From an uncultured Thermodesulfobacteriota bacterium (lineage in GTDB: Bacteria > Desulfobacterota > B13-G15 > RBG-16-54-18): 42,892 nt of DNA. The stretch is taken from assembly GCA_964565525.1 (NCBI GenBank), contig CAZMFG010000002.1, positions 1 through 42,892 on the forward strand, given 5' to 3'. The notes under the pieces are model-generated. The model saw nothing but the letters and a program-made list of their open reading frames with translations. It was not told where the DNA came from and searched no databases. Position 1 is the stretch's first letter, and each line of letters opens with the position of its first letter. Shown in pieces: positions 14,470 to 22,349 of the stretch. A program made the translations under genes and the position numbers.

Positions 14470-15300
14470 TCACATAAAGGTGTCCCTCAGGAGCTTTATA
14501 CACTTCCACAGCCTATCGCCGATGACGCTGAAGGAAAAACCCTTAGGGAAGAATATCTCCTGTAGGGCTTTTCCTTTATGTTTTGACTGAAAGAGAAAAA
14601 GAAGGTCACCGAAATTTTGATTGAACGTTCCCCCCTTTATTTTTTTCAGAATCCATCGTTCTCCAATGGAGAGATTCCCTTTCCAGGATGGGAAAATATC
14701 CGGGTACAGGAAGCTGAGATAGACAAGGGTGTGCTCAGCACCCATCCGTTTTGCCTCGGCGCGTATCGCTTCATCAGAGAGCTGATAGTATTTTTGTATC
14801 CTGGTCAGATCTTTCCACCCCTTCTCAGATCCGAAAGAGTGGCTCTGGAGGTGGATGACCGTGGAGATAAAGAGGTGCTCCGGGCAAGGGATCTTTATCT
14901 CTAGTGCGTCTAATTGCTTGGTGATGCCTTGTTGAAAGACCTCATCCATAGAGACCGTCAGGCAAGCGTTCGCCAGGGCTGTGCGGATAGGGGTGAGGAA
15001 GGAGGTGTGCAGGTCGAGGGAGAGGCCGTTCCTATAGAAGACCCCCGGTTCCGCCTCCTGCCATTTCAATTCCCGTAAGACCCCTTTGAGCTGTTCCACC
15101 TCCCGTTCCCGGACCATGATGTCCACATCGAGCATCCCCCGATCCCCCAGCTCGGGGTAAACATCTCCCAGAAGGCTTATTCCTCTGAAGAAGATAACCT
15201 CAGGGCCCGTCTTTTGTAGCCGTTCCGTCACCTCCCGCAGGTGGTGGATGAGGATGAGATTCTGGGAGGCCGTTTGGTAAAAGGTGAGTTCCCGCTTCAT
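14470..15300 (-). CDS. nucleotidyltransferase family protein (PF14907/NTP_transf_5-like)
   Basis: The ORF track gives 14470-15351. I prefer the ATG at 15300 (MKRELTFYQ...), which forms an ATGA overlap with the upstream glycosyltransferase stop. Motifs are GMLDVDIMV and LSLDLHTSF. Confidence 0.6.
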   Translation of the reverse strand: MKRELTFYQTASQNLILIHHLREVTERLQKTGPEVIFFRGISLLGDVYPELGDRGMLDVDIMVREREVEQLKGVLRELKWQEAEPGVFYRNGLSLDLHTSFLTPIRTALANACLTVSMDEVFQQGITKQLDALEIKIPCPEHLFISTVIHLQSHSFGSEKGWKDLTRIQKYYQLSDEAIRAEAKRMGAEHTLVYLSFLYPDIFPSWKGNLSIGERWILKKIKGGTFNQNFGDLLFLFQSKHKGKALQEIFFPKGFSFSVIGDRLWKCIKLLRDTFM

Positions 15301-16424
15301 CCGCTTTCCCCTGAGACCTCGTGGTAGAGGTCGATGGTCCTTTGAAGGCACACGTTCCAGTCGAAGAGGGCCTCTGTTCGCTTCCTCCCCTTCGCTCCCA
15401 TCTCCTTCCTCAGTCGGGATGAGTTAAGGAGTGCGATGGCCTCCTGTGCCATCCTCGTTGTATCTCCAGGTCCTACCAGGACGCCCCCGTCACCAACCAC
15501 CTCGGGGAGCCCCCCGACGGCCGTCGCCACGATGGGCTTGGCGGAGGCCATGGCCTCTACCGCGGCCAAGTTGAATCCGTCGTTCAGGGATGGGATGAGC
15601 ATAATATCAAAGGCAGCGATGAGGTCGGGGATGTCCTCTCGATACCCTAAAAAGTGGAAGCCCGAGATGCCCTCGGCCATCTTCAGAAGCCCTTCTTGCA
15701 TCGGACCATCCCCCACCATGACGAAGTGGGCCTTTGGGTAAGCGGCCTTTATTTTTTTGGCAGCCTCCACAAATCGATCAGGCCCTTTTATCTCTTCCAT
15801 TCTCCCCACAAAGCCTACGACAGGTACCTGTTGTGCTATCCCCAACTCAGTTCTCACCTTTTTACCTTCTCCTGGGAAGCGTTGTATATCTATTCCATTG
15901 TAGATGGTAATTACTCTTTTTTCGTCGCCGATCCCCTTATTCAGGTATGCCCTGCGTTCGTCCTCGGAGATGGTGATAATCCGCCCACAGAATCTGGCAG
16001 CCAGACGCTCGAGAAAGACGTAGAGCCGCTCTTTCCCTGTGCCGAAATATCCATAGAATAGATGGCCGTGGGGTGTGTGGATGGTCTTGGTGCGGGTTAT
16101 CCGTCCTGCTATCCTTCCTAAAATCCCTCCCTTGGTGGTGTGGGTGTGGAGGAGCGCCGGCCGCTCTCTGCGGATGAGGGCGCAGATCTCAAAGAAGGAA
16201 AGGAGATCATGCAAGGGGGCGATATCGCGGCGCAGATGGGGGAGGAGGTGATAAGAAATATTGAGCCTCTGAGAGAACCCCCAGGGGTCTTCTTCGGGTT
16301 GCTGAGAAGGGCCGGAGGACATAACGATCTCTATACCCAGTTCCGTGAGTCCTCTGATCAGTTGGAGGAATACCCGGGGTGCGCCGCCCTTATCGAGTCT
16401 CGTTATCAGCTGTAAGACCTTCAC
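15297..16424 (-). CDS. glycosyltransferase family 4 (GT-B, group 1)
   Basis: 375 aa with a DGFNLAAVEAMASAKPIVATAVGGLPEVV (EX7E-type) C-terminal domain. The GTG start overlaps the upstream stop (GTGA). Confidence 0.85.
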   Translation of the reverse strand: MKVLQLITRLDKGGAPRVFLQLIRGLTELGIEIVMSSGPSQQPEEDPWGFSQRLNISYHLLPHLRRDIAPLHDLLSFFEICALIRRERPALLHTHTTKGGILGRIAGRITRTKTIHTPHGHLFYGYFGTGKERLYVFLERLAARFCGRIITISEDERRAYLNKGIGDEKRVITIYNGIDIQRFPGEGKKVRTELGIAQQVPVVGFVGRMEEIKGPDRFVEAAKKIKAAYPKAHFVMVGDGPMQEGLLKMAEGISGFHFLGYREDIPDLIAAFDIMLIPSLNDGFNLAAVEAMASAKPIVATAVGGLPEVVGDGGVLVGPGDTTRMAQEAIALLNSSRLRKEMGAKGRKRTEALFDWNVCLQRTIDLYHEVSGESG

Positions 16425-17470
16425 CCGCCCTTTTCTCTCTTCATCCTGCGGTTGGCAGCGATTTCCAAGATGGTCGCAAAGGAGAGGATGACCAGGGCCT
16501 GCAGGAGGAGGATCCAGAAGTAGTCCGGCGCCATCTTGATCAATAGGGCGTTCATGCCCAAGGCGATGGTCAGGAGGTAGATGGCGAGCACCGTCTTGGT
16601 CTTTGATCCCAAGAGGTAATGAAGCCGGTGGTGGAGGTGGTCCTTCCCCGTGTATTCGATGAGTTCGCGCACGTTATGCACTTCCCTCATAATTATCCTG
16701 CGCACGTTGATATAGGCCATGTCATAGATGACCACGGCAAAGATCAACAGCGGGGCGGCGAGGGAGGGGAGGAGCATTTCCTCCGACCACTCGGCCATGA
16801 TGGCGAGGGAGGCGAGAACGAAACCCAAAAAGTTGCTCCCCGTATCCCCGAGAAAGATACTCGCCCCCTTCTCCCCACGAAAGTTATAGGGGATAAAGCC
16901 GATACAAGTACCGAGGATAAACAGACAAAGAGGTACCATGGAGAACGACCCCATTTGGAGGAAGACGATGGAGAAGAGGCAGGAGAAGATGATGCAGAGA
17001 CCCGCTGCCAATCCGTCCATTCCGTCGATGAAGTTGACGGCATTGGTAATTCCCACCAGCCAGAGGACCGTGAGGGTATAATTGAGGGCATAACCCCACC
17101 AGGCCTTGGGGAAGATGGTAGCGCTCACACCAAAGGAGATGAGGATGCAGGCGGCCACGATCTGGGAAACAAACTTTGTCACGCCAGGCAACTCGTGCGC
17201 GTCGTCTCCGACCTCCACTACAAAGATGAAGCTTGCGGCGATCAGGAGGCCCAAAATCTGTCCCGAGGGTTTGGTGAATACCAGCGCCGATATGATGAAA
17301 GCGGTGAAGATGGCCCACCCCCCGGTCTTGGGGGTGGGGACGGTATGGACCCTGCGTTGTGCGGGGATATCCATAAAACCCCATTTTTTCCCTAACCACC
17401 TTGCCAGTGGGGTGAGGATAAGGGAGAGGAAAACGGGGACGATGAGGGGCGGAAGGAATTCTTCAAGCAT
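16421..17470 (-). CDS. MraY/WecA-family polyprenyl-phosphate N-acetylhexosamine-1-phosphate transferase
   Basis: Multi-TM protein with NAVNFIDGMDGLAAG and VHTVPTPKTGG motifs. I place the start at ATG 17470 (MLEEFLPP...), an 8-nt overlap with the upstream stop. The ORF-track extension to 17644 runs inside the aminotransferase gene. Confidence 0.8.
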   Translation of the reverse strand: MLEEFLPPLIVPVFLSLILTPLARWLGKKWGFMDIPAQRRVHTVPTPKTGGWAIFTAFIISALVFTKPSGQILGLLIAASFIFVVEVGDDAHELPGVTKFVSQIVAACILISFGVSATIFPKAWWGYALNYTLTVLWLVGITNAVNFIDGMDGLAAGLCIIFSCLFSIVFLQMGSFSMVPLCLFILGTCIGFIPYNFRGEKGASIFLGDTGSNFLGFVLASLAIMAEWSEEMLLPSLAAPLLIFAVVIYDMAYINVRRIIMREVHNVRELIEYTGKDHLHHRLHYLLGSKTKTVLAIYLLTIALGMNALLIKMAPDYFWILLLQALVILSFATILEIAANRRMKREKGG

Positions 17471-18515
17471 GTCTATCCTCGACGGCCCTCCTGAAGCAGA
17501 AGGCAATATGTCGCACCTCATCCGCCGTAAGGCGCGGATAGAGGGGGAGGGAAAGGGCCTCTGCATAGACCTTTTCACTCGCCTCGAAGCCGTTGAGGCC
17601 GAGATAACGATGGAGGGGGCAAAAGACGGGACGCTGGGCCTCAATACCTTGGCGATGCAACCGCGCTATGACTTGATCAAGGTCTCCCCCCTTGATTCTT
17701 ACTACATACCGGTAATATATTCCCCCCGGCCGCGGCACGATCACTCCCTCAAGCCCTCTTATGAGTTTGTCGTACAATTGAGCTCGGTCCATTCTTTGTT
17801 CGAGAAAGAAGGGGAGTTTCCCTAACTGTATATTCCCCATCCGTCCCTGCAAGTCGGTCATGCAAAAATTATACCTTACTTTGTAATCATCTTTTTTGTC
17901 ATACTCGCGCAGATCTTTTACCCGTTCCAGGATTTTCTCGTTCCGGGAGGCTACCATCCCTCCCTGGCCGGTGGTGATGACCTTGGTGGCGTAAAAGGAG
18001 AACATGGCGGCTGTGCCCCAAGACCCCGTCATCCTTCCTCCATAGGTTGCCCCCAGGGATTGTGCGCAGTCCTCTATGACGGGTGGACCCAAGGCGAGAA
18101 AATCGTCCATATCTTCTACGGGATGTCCGAACATGTGGGGGATGATAATGGCGGCGGTCTTCTTGGTGAGGGCCTTTTTGGTCGCCGAGATGGAGATGTT
18201 CATATGCCCCTCATCGATGTCCACTATCGTGGGGACAGCGCGGCAATGGTGTACGGCATTGAGGAGGGCGCTGCAGGTAAAGCTGGGGATGATTACCTCA
18301 TCCCCCTCTTTGACCCCGAGGGCCAATAAGGTGAGGTGCAAGGCAGCGGTTCCTGATGCGATAGCTACCGCCCCACTGAGACCCAGGTATGAGGCCATCT
18401 CCCGTTCAAATCCCTCCACCTGTTCACCGGTGGCGATCCACCCAGTGGCGAGGACTTCTTGGAGACCTTCGATCTCCTCTCTCCCCAGGGTGGGCATGGA
18501 ATGGGTTATGTTCAT
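17463..18515 (-). CDS. DegT/DnrJ/EryC1/StrS-family PLP-dependent sugar aminotransferase
   Basis: 350 aa with ...AIASGTAALHL... and FSFYATKVITTGQGGMV (PLP-lysine region). Confidence 0.85.
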   Translation of the reverse strand: MNITHSMPTLGREEIEGLQEVLATGWIATGEQVEGFEREMASYLGLSGAVAIASGTAALHLTLLALGVKEGDEVIIPSFTCSALLNAVHHCRAVPTIVDIDEGHMNISISATKKALTKKTAAIIIPHMFGHPVEDMDDFLALGPPVIEDCAQSLGATYGGRMTGSWGTAAMFSFYATKVITTGQGGMVASRNEKILERVKDLREYDKKDDYKVRYNFCMTDLQGRMGNIQLGKLPFFLEQRMDRAQLYDKLIRGLEGVIVPRPGGIYYRYVVRIKGGDLDQVIARLHRQGIEAQRPVFCPLHRYLGLNGFEASEKVYAEALSLPLYPRLTADEVRHIAFCFRRAVEDRHA

Positions 18516-19123
18516 GGCAAGAAGTAACGGAGGGGTGCAAAACCTTCGGCAAAGGTCACCCTGGCCTGGGTGCCCCGGAAGCGGGCCGTCGCGATGGCGA
18601 TGTCAACGATATTGGAGCCGGGGATGTTGGTCTTATGAAATTGAGATGTGTGGGCCTCCAGGCATTTGATCTTTTCCTCCAACGTCTCGCCGATGTCTGC
18701 GAATAACAGGGGATTGAAGCCGATGGACGTCGGGGTCTCATAGAAGATGACCTTGGGCGTATACCGGGAAGCGGAGATGGTAGCCTTGGCGAGACGCTCG
18801 TGGTCCTGATGGGTATCCTCGGGATAGTTCACCAAGATCAAAGAGGGTTTTATATCCCGCATAAATCCCTCCAATAGGTCTATCAAGGGCTTGTCGAAGA
18901 TGATGAGGGTGTCTTTGTATCCCCCCCAGAATAGTTCTTTAGACCCCAGTATCTCGGCGGCCACCTCTTGTTCCCGCTGTCTCACCTGTGGATCTCCGCC
19001 CATGCCTCCATCAGCGACTACTAAGAGATAAATTTCATCCCCTTTGTTTCTGTATTGGGCGAGCGTGCCGGAACACCCAAATTCGATATCGTCGGGGTGG
19101 GCCCCGATGGCTAATACTTTCAT
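18512..19123 (-). CDS. PIG-L/LmbE-family N-acetylglucosaminyl deacetylase
   Basis: 203 aa with the N-terminal MKVLAIGAHPDDIEFGCSGT motif. ATGA overlaps occur at both ends. Confidence 0.85.
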   Translation of the reverse strand: MKVLAIGAHPDDIEFGCSGTLAQYRNKGDEIYLLVVADGGMGGDPQVRQREQEVAAEILGSKELFWGGYKDTLIIFDKPLIDLLEGFMRDIKPSLILVNYPEDTHQDHERLAKATISASRYTPKVIFYETPTSIGFNPLLFADIGETLEEKIKCLEAHTSQFHKTNIPGSNIVDIAIATARFRGTQARVTFAEGFAPLRYFLP

Positions 19124-19803
19124 TCCGTGCCCTCCAAGATCTGCAGGGAATCTGGGCCGCAGTTGAAGAGGAGGTCGAGGAGGGATAGGTATGGGATAAA
19201 GTCCCCATATAATTGCATATAGATGGGGTGTTTGAAGTCTTGAAAGAGCACCTTGATTCCCTTTTTGTTAAACGGTTTAAGATCAAGATAATGTTTTCCC
19301 CCAGTCCCTGAAAGATAGGTATCGGCCTTCACGGATTCGCAGATGGCCGCAAGCCGCTCCGATGGTTCCTCTGGGAGATGCCCCAATGCAGAGGCGACCA
19401 CTGTCTTTTTGTTTGTCTCTAACATCCTCAGGAGCATGAGGACGCTTGCTCTATTCGTCTCGGAGATGAATTCCGAGTCCTGGGCATAGAAGCGCTTCAC
19501 CTCAGGGAAGAGGTCCTGAAAATAGGGGGCCTTTTGGTAGTTGATCTCCAGTGCCCTGACATGTTTCTTTCGCCAGTCGATTCGGTTGTTGATCCGCACC
19601 TCATCGATAGGCTCAGGGTATTTGTACAAGACGGGCACGGTGAGCCATATCCAACCCTGGGCTGTCTTTATCTTATTTCTATTTTGAAACTCGTTTTTTT
19701 TGAATTGGACGTTATCGAGGAAGATAAAGATATCGCTTTTTGCGATTTTGTCAAAATATCCCAACCACGGCATAAATTGGGGTTGATGTATTGCCGCGAT
19801 CAT
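19120..19803 (-). CDS. WbqC-family protein
   Basis: 227 aa. The N-terminus IAAIHQPQFMPWLGYFDKIAKSDIFIFLDNVQF is characteristic of WbqC-like proteins from O-antigen and glycan loci. Confidence 0.8.
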   Translation of the reverse strand: MIAAIHQPQFMPWLGYFDKIAKSDIFIFLDNVQFKKNEFQNRNKIKTAQGWIWLTVPVLYKYPEPIDEVRINNRIDWRKKHVRALEINYQKAPYFQDLFPEVKRFYAQDSEFISETNRASVLMLLRMLETNKKTVVASALGHLPEEPSERLAAICESVKADTYLSGTGGKHYLDLKPFNKKGIKVLFQDFKHPIYMQLYGDFIPYLSLLDLLFNCGPDSLQILEGTE

Positions 19804-19825
19804 GTTAGGAAATTAACAGAAAAGG

Positions 19826-20176
19826 ATGAAGATATCAAGGGAGCTTTACATTCTTTTTGTCGCTTGGATGGTTTTGTTGACCATCCTTTCCCTTATTCCC
19901 CGCGCCGGGCTGGACTTGGGTGATCGATGGGATAAGGTCGCTCACTTTATCGCCTATTTTTTTACTGCGTTCTTGTTCTCTGTCTTCTTTCGCACCCGTT
20001 TCAAGCCGATCGACATCTATGCGGTTCTCTTCTCCTTTGGTTATGGGGCTATATTGGAATTGGCCCAGTTGCTTGTTCCAGGCAGGGACTGCTCTTTTGG
20101 TGACTTGGCAGCCAATTTCTCAGGGGTGCTCTTTTTCTTCATCCTGTATCGGCTCTTGTGGGGGAGAATTGAGTAA
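19826..20176 (+). CDS. VanZ-like family membrane protein
   Basis: 116 aa with 3-4 TM segments and a DKVAHFIAYFF motif. It diverges from the WbqC gene with only a 22-nt spacer. Confidence 0.7.
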   Translation: MKISRELYILFVAWMVLLTILSLIPRAGLDLGDRWDKVAHFIAYFFTAFLFSVFFRTRFKPIDIYAVLFSFGYGAILELAQLLVPGRDCSFGDLAANFSGVLFFFILYRLLWGRIE

Positions 20177-20467
20177 TTGTCTCATATTTTTAGTAACAAA
20201 ACCCCATAAATCTATTATAATTATGATGACAATTTTAATATGAAAAAGTGACAAATAATGTCACTCCCTCTCAATAAATTAAGGATCCTCCGGTTTTTGC
20301 TGTAAATTCAAAGTCTTCACATCAATCAGCCTCTATTAAGTCCGTAAAGGTGCATCGTCGACCTCTTTTTTTGTTCCTTATTTACAAGGGTACCTGAAGA
20401 TACAACTATTATTGTATGCCCGGTCTACGGTGCATATATCCCTTAGTTGATGATAAAATCGTATATT

Positions 20468-20483
20468 TGGCAAATAAATTGCA
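20468..20483 (+). promoter_or_regulatory. candidate sigma54 (-24/-12) promoter TGGCAA-N5-TTGCA
   Basis: tTGGCAaataaaTTGCAg has the exact consensus GG-to-GC spacing. It lies 130 nt upstream of the ATG at 20613, inside a 436-nt AT-rich intergenic region. Confidence 0.5.
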
Positions 20484-20612
20484 GTTATTTTAGGGTGAAA
20501 CTCTCTATATTTCGAGAGGAGCGAAGACATACAGAGATTTGCATATCTTGTATTTTTTGGTATAATATGTCATTATATATAGAAGTTAAGGGAATGTTTT
20601 TGGGGTAAAACA

Positions 20613-22349
20613 ATGTTGGAATATGAGAAATACTGGCGCTTTTTAGATCTCCCGTTCAAGGTCTTTCCCTCGGGGGATACCTATTTCCCGTCCGCGACCC
20701 ATGAGGAGGCCAGGGCGAGGATATTACAGGCCATCAGGACCCGCAAGAGGATCATTTTGATTGCGGGTAAGCCCGGTTCAGGGAAGACCACACTCTGGAA
20801 GAGGATCAAGGGCGATCTTGAAAACTACAATGTTCCCTTTGCCATGGGCGTGGCTGCAAATCCTATGGGCAGTTTCCCTGAGATTTTGCGAGAGATGGGG
20901 GAAAGTATGGGACTTGACCCCTCTCTTGATAATAATGGTTTGGTAGTGGCCCTCAAGGATAAGCTCAGAGATAACGTTGAGAAAGGTGCTACCACTATAT
21001 GGCTCATCGATGAATGCCAGGTGATCAAGGATAAGGATATCTGGGAGAGGCTCAGGTTGGTGACCAACTGGTCATTGAATGGTACTCCGGTGTTGACCCT
21101 CTTCCTCTTGGGCCAGCCGGAGATCACACCCATCCTTCGTGAGAAAGAGGGTTTTTCCCAGAGGATAGGGGCCTTCTACGTTCTCGGCACCCTCACGTTA
21201 GAGGAGACCGGTGCTTATATCGAGTATCAACTCAAAAAGGTAAACGCTGCTGATCCGAACATCTTCACGGAAGACGCCGTACACATGATATATCAATATT
21301 CAGAGGGGTTGCCGCGCAACATAAACCATATTTGTGACGCCGCCCTCCTTCTCGGTGCGATACGGGGAAAAGATTTTGTCGATGCCCGGATGGTGGAGTC
21401 GGTTGCTGAAGAACGGGCGTCACTCATGAGTGAGCGAGAGGTCTTGTGGACACCGATGCGGGAGGTCTTTCAGGCAACGGATGGAGGGGAAGGTGACAAC
21501 CATATATATGAAAAACTCATAACAATATTCGACCGATTCTATTACCTTAAGCAGGGGCAAAACCCCATAGATCTGGTGGAGAAGGAGCTCGAACCCCTTG
21601 TCCCTCAATTTATCAGGGCCTTGAAGACGGACAGGGGACTCATGAGGAAGGCTCTCTTCGGTGAAGAACCCGATGTGTACCTTCTCCAACACGGCGTGAA
21701 TGTGGCGGCTCAGGGGGTGAAGATAGGTATGGGGATGGGTTACAGTGAGGATGAATTGAAACGATTGTCCCTGGCGGCCCTGATTCACGATGTAGGGATG
21801 GGGGATATTCCGGAGGAGATATGGACCAAGAAGGGATATCTCTCACCCTCTGAAATTGATGAGATGAGGAAGCATCCCCTGTATGGCTATGAGCGCCTTA
21901 AACCGTTAGATGAAATTGCCAAGGTGGTACTGCAAGAGCATGAGAGGATGGATGGTTCAGGGTATCCTCATGGCCTTTCAAGCGAGGACATCCATGAGTT
22001 TTCATACATCATCGGTGTTGCTGATATATACGACAGTCTCCTCCATTCCCGCCCCTATCGGGACAAACGGTACTCCTCTTTTGAGGCAATCAAGGAGATC
22101 GTGACAAAGGAGTTGCGGAGATTCCCCGCCAGTGTGCTCAAATCACTGGTCGCCTATTTTCTCTTTCCAGTGGGGAGCCACGTGGAACTGAACAGTCGAG
22201 AGAAGGCTGAGGTGATCGACGAGAACAGGGCGAGCCCGATGCGCCCGGTGGTGAAGATCACCCATGACAAAGACGGTCGACAATACAGCAAACCCAGGAT
22301 CGTCGATCTGGACAGGGATCAAAAATTCTTCATTACGAGAAGTTTCTGA
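20613..22349 (+). CDS. ExeA/GspA-like AAA ATPase fused to an HD-GYP domain (putative c-di-GMP phosphodiesterase)
   Basis: 578 aa. The N-terminal half has Walker A IAGKPGSGKTTL and Walker B IWLIDECQ (AAA_22/ExeA-like). The C-terminal half has LIHDVGMG ... EHERMDGSGYPHGL (HD-GYP signature). Confidence 0.8.
   Translation: MLEYEKYWRFLDLPFKVFPSGDTYFPSATHEEARARILQAIRTRKRIILIAGKPGSGKTTLWKRIKGDLENYNVPFAMGVAANPMGSFPEILREMGESMGLDPSLDNNGLVVALKDKLRDNVEKGATTIWLIDECQVIKDKDIWERLRLVTNWSLNGTPVLTLFLLGQPEITPILREKEGFSQRIGAFYVLGTLTLEETGAYIEYQLKKVNAADPNIFTEDAVHMIYQYSEGLPRNINHICDAALLLGAIRGKDFVDARMVESVAEERASLMSEREVLWTPMREVFQATDGGEGDNHIYEKLITIFDRFYYLKQGQNPIDLVEKELEPLVPQFIRALKTDRGLMRKALFGEEPDVYLLQHGVNVAAQGVKIGMGMGYSEDELKRLSLAALIHDVGMGDIPEEIWTKKGYLSPSEIDEMRKHPLYGYERLKPLDEIAKVVLQEHERMDGSGYPHGLSSEDIHEFSYIIGVADIYDSLLHSRPYRDKRYSSFEAIKEIVTKELRRFPASVLKSLVAYFLFPVGSHVELNSREKAEVIDENRASPMRPVVKITHDKDGRQYSKPRIVDLDRDQKFFITRSF

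Noticed and set aside
16619-17825. Plus-strand ORFs 16619-17395 and 17106-17825, and minus-strand alternative-frame ORFs within the WecA-like gene
   Set aside because: They are embedded in the MraY/WecA and DegT genes and have a biased composition (Gly/Glu/Asp/His or Pro/Arg runs). I found no motifs and no start-site signals.
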